DNA of 64,000 nucleotides from an uncultured Alphaproteobacteria bacterium (GTDB lineage Bacteria; Pseudomonadota; Alphaproteobacteria; RF32; CAG-239): NCBI GenBank assembly GCA_944391475.1, contig CALXTR010000003.1, positions 50,823 to 114,822 of the forward strand, read 5' to 3'. Shown piece by piece: positions 59,624 to 64,000 of this stretch (position 1 is its first letter; each line of letters starts with the position of its first letter). The notes under the pieces were generated by a model. It saw only the letters and a program-made list of their open reading frames with translations, ran no database searches and was not told where the DNA came from. The position numbers and the translations under genes were made by a program.

Positions 59624-60534
59624 ATTTTAGAAAAATCTTTTAAGTTTGCCAACGGGTGCTTACTCCGCACTTCGTTCATCAGTTTTTCAGATGTGATGTG
59701 AGTATAAATTTCGGTGGTGGTGATATCTGCATGACCAAGAGTTTTCTGCACTGCCCGCAAATCGGCTCCATGGTTGAGCAGATAAGTTGCAAAAGAGTGC
59801 CGCAAAACGTGAGGCGAGACTTTTGCCGGCTCAATTCCGGCCTGCACAGCCAAGTTTTTCACTTCCTTAAAAAAAGCATCACGGGTCAAATGACCGGACT
59901 TTGATTGTGAGGGGAACATCCAAATTGAGCGCCGACCCCCTTTTAAGAATAAATCACGATAATCATAATAATCACTAACCGCATTAAGCGCCTTGTCAGC
60001 CACCGGAATAATCCGCTCTTTACTCCCCTTACCGCGCACTAAAATTTGTTTTTTTTCAAAGCTGATACAGTTTTCGGGCAAACCTACCAGTTCGGAAACG
60101 CGAAGCCCACAGGCATACATTAATATCAGCATTACCCCGATACGCCTAATTGCCGGCTTGGAGCTGCTTTCGGCAATTTCAATCATCTTACGCACTTCTG
60201 CATCACTTAAAAATTTGGGCAAAGACTTTTCCCGTTTGGGAGGCATGAGATAAATGGCTAAATTATCCTTAACCAGTTTTTCGGTATAAAGAAATTTGAA
60301 GAACTCACGCAAAGAAGAAATTTTGCGGCAAATACTTCTGGGGGCATAAGCCTGTTTGGATAGTTCTTGAACATAAGCTGACAAATCGGCTTTGGTAATT
60401 TTTCCAACCTCTTGTTGTGAGCAAAGCTCAAAAAACAGCTCCATATCACGCCGATAAGCCTCCAGAGTATTAGCTGCAGCACCTTTCTCGGCCGACATCA
60501 TCTGTAAAAATTGTTCAATCAGCGTCTCATTCAT
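59620..60534 (-). CDS. xerD: Tyrosine recombinase XerD/XerC
   Basis: C-terminal catalytic HxxR...Y (LRHSFATYLL...TEIYTH) and an N-terminal SAM-like domain. Confidence 0.85.
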   Translation of the reverse strand: MNETLIEQFLQMMSAEKGAAANTLEAYRRDMELFFELCSQQEVGKITKADLSAYVQELSKQAYAPRSICRKISSLREFFKFLYTEKLVKDNLAIYLMPPKREKSLPKFLSDAEVRKMIEIAESSSKPAIRRIGVMLILMYACGLRVSELVGLPENCISFEKKQILVRGKGSKERIIPVADKALNAVSDYYDYRDLFLKGGRRSIWMFPSQSKSGHLTRDAFFKEVKNLAVQAGIEPAKVSPHVLRHSFATYLLNHGADLRAVQKTLGHADITTTEIYTHITSEKLMNEVRSKHPLANLKDFSKI

Positions 60535-60670
60535 TGCTGAAATTATTTTCTAACGGCTGCTCAACATGTTCCACATTAACCGAAACTTCTTTGGTTAAGA
60601 CATAACCTAAAGCCGCAATAATCAAAACTGCCGCCACATAAAAGATTGTTTTTGATTTTTTTTGTCGCAT
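60527..60670 (-). CDS. Possible small membrane protein (47 aa), translationally coupled to xerD by an ATGAATGA overlap
   Basis: MRQKKSKTIFYVAAVLIIAALGYVLTKEV...; one TM segment. Not in the ORF track because it is under 60 aa. Confidence 0.3.
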   Translation of the reverse strand: MRQKKSKTIFYVAAVLIIAALGYVLTKEVSVNVEHVEQPLENNFSNE

Positions 60671-60750
60671 ATTATATCCTCATGTTAACAATATATTGAT
60701 TAGTTTGTAGTAAACTGTATCACAAAATAATTGAAAGAAACATTAAAAAA

Positions 60751-61293
60751 ATGAATCTAAACAAAATTGATAAAATAATTTTACTTGTCGGCTTGATGGG
60801 CAGCGGCAAAACCAGTGTTGGCAAAAGATTGGCTAAAAAGCTTAATTTACCCTTTGTTGATGGAGACCAAGAAGTTGAAAAAGCCGCCGGATTATCATTG
60901 GTAGATGTGCTAAAATGCTTTGGCGAAAAAGAATTTCGCGCCGGCGAAGAACGGGTTATGAAAAGATTATTGCAAGGTTCACCCTGCGTTTTAGCTTCAG
61001 GCGGAGGCTCCTTTGTGGCAGAGCAAACGAGAACTTTGGCCAAACAACATGCCGTTACTGTTTGGCTCAAAGCCGATATTGATATTTTATATCATCGCAC
61101 CGCCGGCCGCAAACACCGTCCGTTTCTAATCGGATGCGATAATCACCTCAAAGATAAACTCGAAAAATATATTCACGACGAATACCCCTATTATCAGGAA
61201 GCTGATATTGTTGTTGAAACCCGTGAAGAACAGGTCGACACCACGGTTGAAAGGGTTGTTGAGGCTTTAAACAAATTCAAACCACAAGGATAA
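60751..61293 (+). CDS. aroK: Shikimate kinase
   Basis: ILLVGLMGSGKTSVGKRLA P-loop, and DGD; 180 aa. Confidence 0.9.
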   Translation: MNLNKIDKIILLVGLMGSGKTSVGKRLAKKLNLPFVDGDQEVEKAAGLSLVDVLKCFGEKEFRAGEERVMKRLLQGSPCVLASGGGSFVAEQTRTLAKQHAVTVWLKADIDILYHRTAGRKHRPFLIGCDNHLKDKLEKYIHDEYPYYQEADIVVETREEQVDTTVERVVEALNKFKPQG

Positions 61294-61298
61294 CGCCC

Positions 61299-62570
61299 AT
61301 GATATTTGCCATTATCACCATTATTGTTATGTTAGTTTTATCCGCCTTTTTTTCCGGCACCGAAACCGCCATGACCGGTGCTTCTCCCGCGATTATGCAT
61401 GATTTGGAAAAAAACCACCACAATCCTCGCGCCAAAACCATCAACCGCTTATTTGAGCACAAAGACCGCCTAATTATCACTACCCTGCTTGGTTCAAATC
61501 TGAGCAACACTTTGGCCACCGCTCTATCTACCAGTGTCTTGATTAATTTGTTTGGCACCGAAGGTGTTGCTTATGCCACCGTTATCATGACCATTTTGGT
61601 TTTGATATACACAGATATGTTGCCGAAATCCTATTCAGTTCGCCATGCCGATAGCGTTGCTTTAGCCATGGCTCCATTGATTAATTTCTTTGTAAAGATG
61701 TTTTTTCCGCTAACTTATGTGCTGCAAAAAATAGTTAACACCACATTTAAGCTTTTTGGACTGAACAAACCTGAAAACCGTGACAAAGCCACCAGCTTAG
61801 CTGAAATCCGCGGTGCAATTTACATGCACCCAGATTCGGAAGGATGTGAAGAAAAAGAAATGCTAAAAGCCGTACTCGATTTATCAGAAGTAACGGTTTA
61901 TGATGTTATGAACCATCGCAGCAATTTATTTTCGATTGACGTAAATATGCCCATCAAAAAAATCATCAACAAAGTCAAGGACAGTCCCTTTTCGCGAATT
62001 CCGGTATATGAGGACCGTCCCGAAAACATCATTGGCATCATTCGGGTCAAAGCCCTGCTCCGCGAGGCAATTGATTGCGGCAAAGACTATTCCAAATTAG
62101 ATATCCGCAAAATCATGTATGACCCTTGGTTTATCCCCGATAACACCACCTTGCTGCAACAATTGCAAATGTTTCGAGCCCGCCGCGAACATTTTGCGGT
62201 TGTCGTCGACGAATATGGCGACCTGCAAGGTATTGTGACCTTAGAAGACATTTTAGAAGAAATCGTTGGTGATATTAATGATGAATGCGATATCATGTCC
62301 TTAGACATCACCGGCATCAGAAAATCGGGAGCAAATAGCTACATTGTTGACGGGCAAGTTCCGTTAAGAGATTTGAACCGTCGCTTTGGTTGGGATTTTA
62401 ACGATGAAAACGCCGTTACCATTGCCGGCTATCTGATTGATGCTGCCCGCAACATTCCCGAAGCCGGTCAAAAATTTGAGTTTGACGATTTTCGTTTTGA
62501 GGTTATCAAACGCCACAAAAACCAAATCTGCCAAATTAAGATTACCCCACTGTCCTCTGAAGATTGCTAA
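61299..62570 (+). CDS. DUF21-CBS-CorC/HlyC family transporter-associated protein (TlyC-like)
   Basis: N-terminal 4-TM DUF21, a tandem CBS pair, and a C-terminal CorC_HlyC domain (FEFDDFRFEVIK). Confidence 0.85.
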   Translation: MIFAIITIIVMLVLSAFFSGTETAMTGASPAIMHDLEKNHHNPRAKTINRLFEHKDRLIITTLLGSNLSNTLATALSTSVLINLFGTEGVAYATVIMTILVLIYTDMLPKSYSVRHADSVALAMAPLINFFVKMFFPLTYVLQKIVNTTFKLFGLNKPENRDKATSLAEIRGAIYMHPDSEGCEEKEMLKAVLDLSEVTVYDVMNHRSNLFSIDVNMPIKKIINKVKDSPFSRIPVYEDRPENIIGIIRVKALLREAIDCGKDYSKLDIRKIMYDPWFIPDNTTLLQQLQMFRARREHFAVVVDEYGDLQGIVTLEDILEEIVGDINDECDIMSLDITGIRKSGANSYIVDGQVPLRDLNRRFGWDFNDENAVTIAGYLIDAARNIPEAGQKFEFDDFRFEVIKRHKNQICQIKITPLSSEDC

Positions 62571-62653
62571 AATACGCATCTTTAAAAAACCCCTAAAACA
62601 GCTTACATTAACCGTTATGATAAGGTTGTGACATTCTGTTTTGGGAACAAGCC

Positions 62654-63556
62654 GTGATTTGGATATTAAACGGACTGTTATACGGTTTTTTTACCGCACT
62701 TTATACCCTTGCCAACCAAAAATACCAAATGAACGGTTATCTTTTGGGAATCTGGCGCGGTTTTGGCATTGCGGCGATTTTTTTCCCGTTTACATTCTTG
62801 TTTCCGCTTCCGCAAAATTTCTATTATTGGGGATTACTAATTTTACAAGGCTGGCTGATTGGATTTTATGATTCGCACCTCTTTTTTGCCTCTGCCCGCT
62901 ATGGCGCCGGACCAACCTCACGGGTCATGGCCGTAACTGTCTTAATCACCACCATCATCTGGTGGCTGATGACCCCACACGAATTTGATAAAATCTTAGC
63001 AAACAAAACAGTGTTCAGCTTATTGATTTTTATACTTTTGGGCTTTACGGTTAGCTATTGGCTAATGCTTAAAGATAGCATCACCAAAGAAATCATTTTT
63101 TATATGTCTCCAGTAATTTTAGCTTTAGCTTTCATGAGCGTCATCACTAAAGACATTGCCATTCATAGTAGTAGCTCTTGGTCGGGAATTATTTATTATT
63201 TAACCGTATCCACTTTTGTCAGCGGCGTTTATAATTCATATTTGTTTGTAAAAAAAGAAAAATTAGATATGAGTGGATATATAAGACAGGTATTTTCCGC
63301 CCCAACCCGCGCTGCCGGACTATATATTATCGGATTTAGTGCCGCATTGATTATGGCCAAGACCATTGCCTTAAGAGTTGCCCCCAACCCCGGATATGTG
63401 ACGGCTTTACTCTTAACCTCGCCATTTTTTGTGCTGATAATGAACAAATATAATCGTATTCCCGATGATTTTTCGCTCCGCGCCGGATTGTTCAATGTGC
63501 TGTTTTTAATCGCCTTGCTGGTGCTGGTCAATGGCAATTACGGAATTATTGACTAA
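62654..63556 (+). CDS. Polytopic membrane protein (about 9-10 TM), GTG start
   Basis: Highly hydrophobic, of unknown family. GTG start at 62654. Confidence 0.45.
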   Translation: MIWILNGLLYGFFTALYTLANQKYQMNGYLLGIWRGFGIAAIFFPFTFLFPLPQNFYYWGLLILQGWLIGFYDSHLFFASARYGAGPTSRVMAVTVLITTIIWWLMTPHEFDKILANKTVFSLLIFILLGFTVSYWLMLKDSITKEIIFYMSPVILALAFMSVITKDIAIHSSSSWSGIIYYLTVSTFVSGVYNSYLFVKKEKLDMSGYIRQVFSAPTRAAGLYIIGFSAALIMAKTIALRVAPNPGYVTALLLTSPFFVLIMNKYNRIPDDFSLRAGLFNVLFLIALLVLVNGNYGIID

Positions 63557-63983
63557 CCAATTGTTCAATTAGGAAGTTGAGTACCGGAAAACCTTTTTTA
63601 GTAGCTTTAAGATGAGTGGGAGTGTTGATTAACCAACCACCTTCTATAAGTTCGGCTAGTTTTTGTTGGTTAACAACTTCTTCAAGCTCCAATCCGCAGG
63701 TAGAAAAGAATAAGGATTTATCAATACCTTGCACTAAACGCAACCCCATTAACAATAGCTCTTCGGCTCTCTCAGCGGGACTAATTTCTTCCAGCTGACA
63801 ACGATAAGTCGTGGCATAAAAAACCGGAAGATTAGATGATTTTTGAGCGTACAAATTAGTAGGTGAGTTCCCTGCACCGGAATTTTGCTTTAGGTTCTCC
63901 TCTTTTGGTTCCGGACACGGTTTAACGGTTTTTAACGTGGAAGATAAAGTGAAATCACGGAGCGCAGAAACTTGAGCGTACAT
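63546..63983 (-). CDS. hemW: Radical-SAM HemW/HemN-like protein, C-terminal portion (HemN_C domain); the upstream part contains repeat-family hairpins, so it may be a gene fragment
   Basis: LTPAERAEELLLMGLRLVQGID...LIEGGWL resembles HemN_C. The rest of the gene lies beyond the window edge. Confidence 0.5.
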   Translation of the reverse strand: MYAQVSALRDFTLSSTLKTVKPCPEPKEENLKQNSGAGNSPTNLYAQKSSNLPVFYATTYRCQLEEISPAERAEELLLMGLRLVQGIDKSLFFSTCGLELEEVVNQQKLAELIEGGWLINTPTHLKATKKGFPVLNFLIEQLVSQ

Positions 63984-64000
63984 ATCAGTACGTGAGTTCC

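Overview
This 64 kb window reads as a compact, gene-dense chromosomal segment with about 40% GC, most likely from an obligate intracellular or host-associated alphaproteobacterium in the Rickettsiales/Holosporales style. The main evidence is the alphaproteobacterial addB-addA-trxA locus, the conserved blocks rpmH-rnpA-yidD-yidC-engB, leuS-lptE-holA and lptF-lptD-surA-rsmA with no pdxA, ATGA-type gene overlaps, and several secreted or effector-like hypothetical proteins. All identifications are from reading the sequence and recalling protein motifs; no database search was run.

Housekeeping genes seen: cysS, rpmB, dnaB, rpmH (missing from the ORF track), rnpA, yidD, yidC, engB, holA, lptE, leuS, rsmB, an LptF/LptG-family permease, tyrA-family dehydrogenase, cysK, gmk, yicC, a short-chain dehydrogenase, ftsH, trxA, addA, addB, rdgB, rph, grpE, fabG, fabD, a HIT protein, ftsK, lptF, lptD, surA, rsmA, xerD, aroK, a CBS/DUF21 transporter, a hemW C-terminal fragment and a tRNA-Arg(CCG).

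The accessory content I consider most interesting:
1. A repeated about 1.2 kb module present twice. Each copy has a putative promoter, a structured leader RNA ending in an intrinsic terminator/attenuator, an 82-aa XRE-family HTH gene, conserved hairpins, and a trailing block of modular about 125 bp palindromic repeats.
2. Those palindromic repeat blocks also occur on their own. They directly abut the stop codons of minus-strand genes and show compensatory base changes in their hairpins.
3. One module copy carries a 267-bp MITE-like insertion with 19-bp terminal inverted repeats.
4. A 1013-aa HExxH protein (DUF4157-like) contains a near-perfect 2 x 465 bp in-frame tandem duplication and is paired with an AT-rich 507-aa orphan gene.
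5. A tRNA-Arg whose 3' end plus terminator is duplicated 246 bp away, looking like an att-site scar, sits next to genes for a PPC-domain acidic protein and a small orphan.
6. A three-gene cluster downstream of rsmB encodes a PanE-like and a MraY/WecA-like protein that both appear to have lost catalytic motifs, plus a TPR-like protein.
7. An unusually long glycogen-synthase-like GT5 gene sits where hrcA is normally found, between rph and grpE.
8. Two tandem ycgN paralogs are followed by an overlapping ygjP.

I saw no CRISPR array, rRNA, transposase or recognisable prophage genes.
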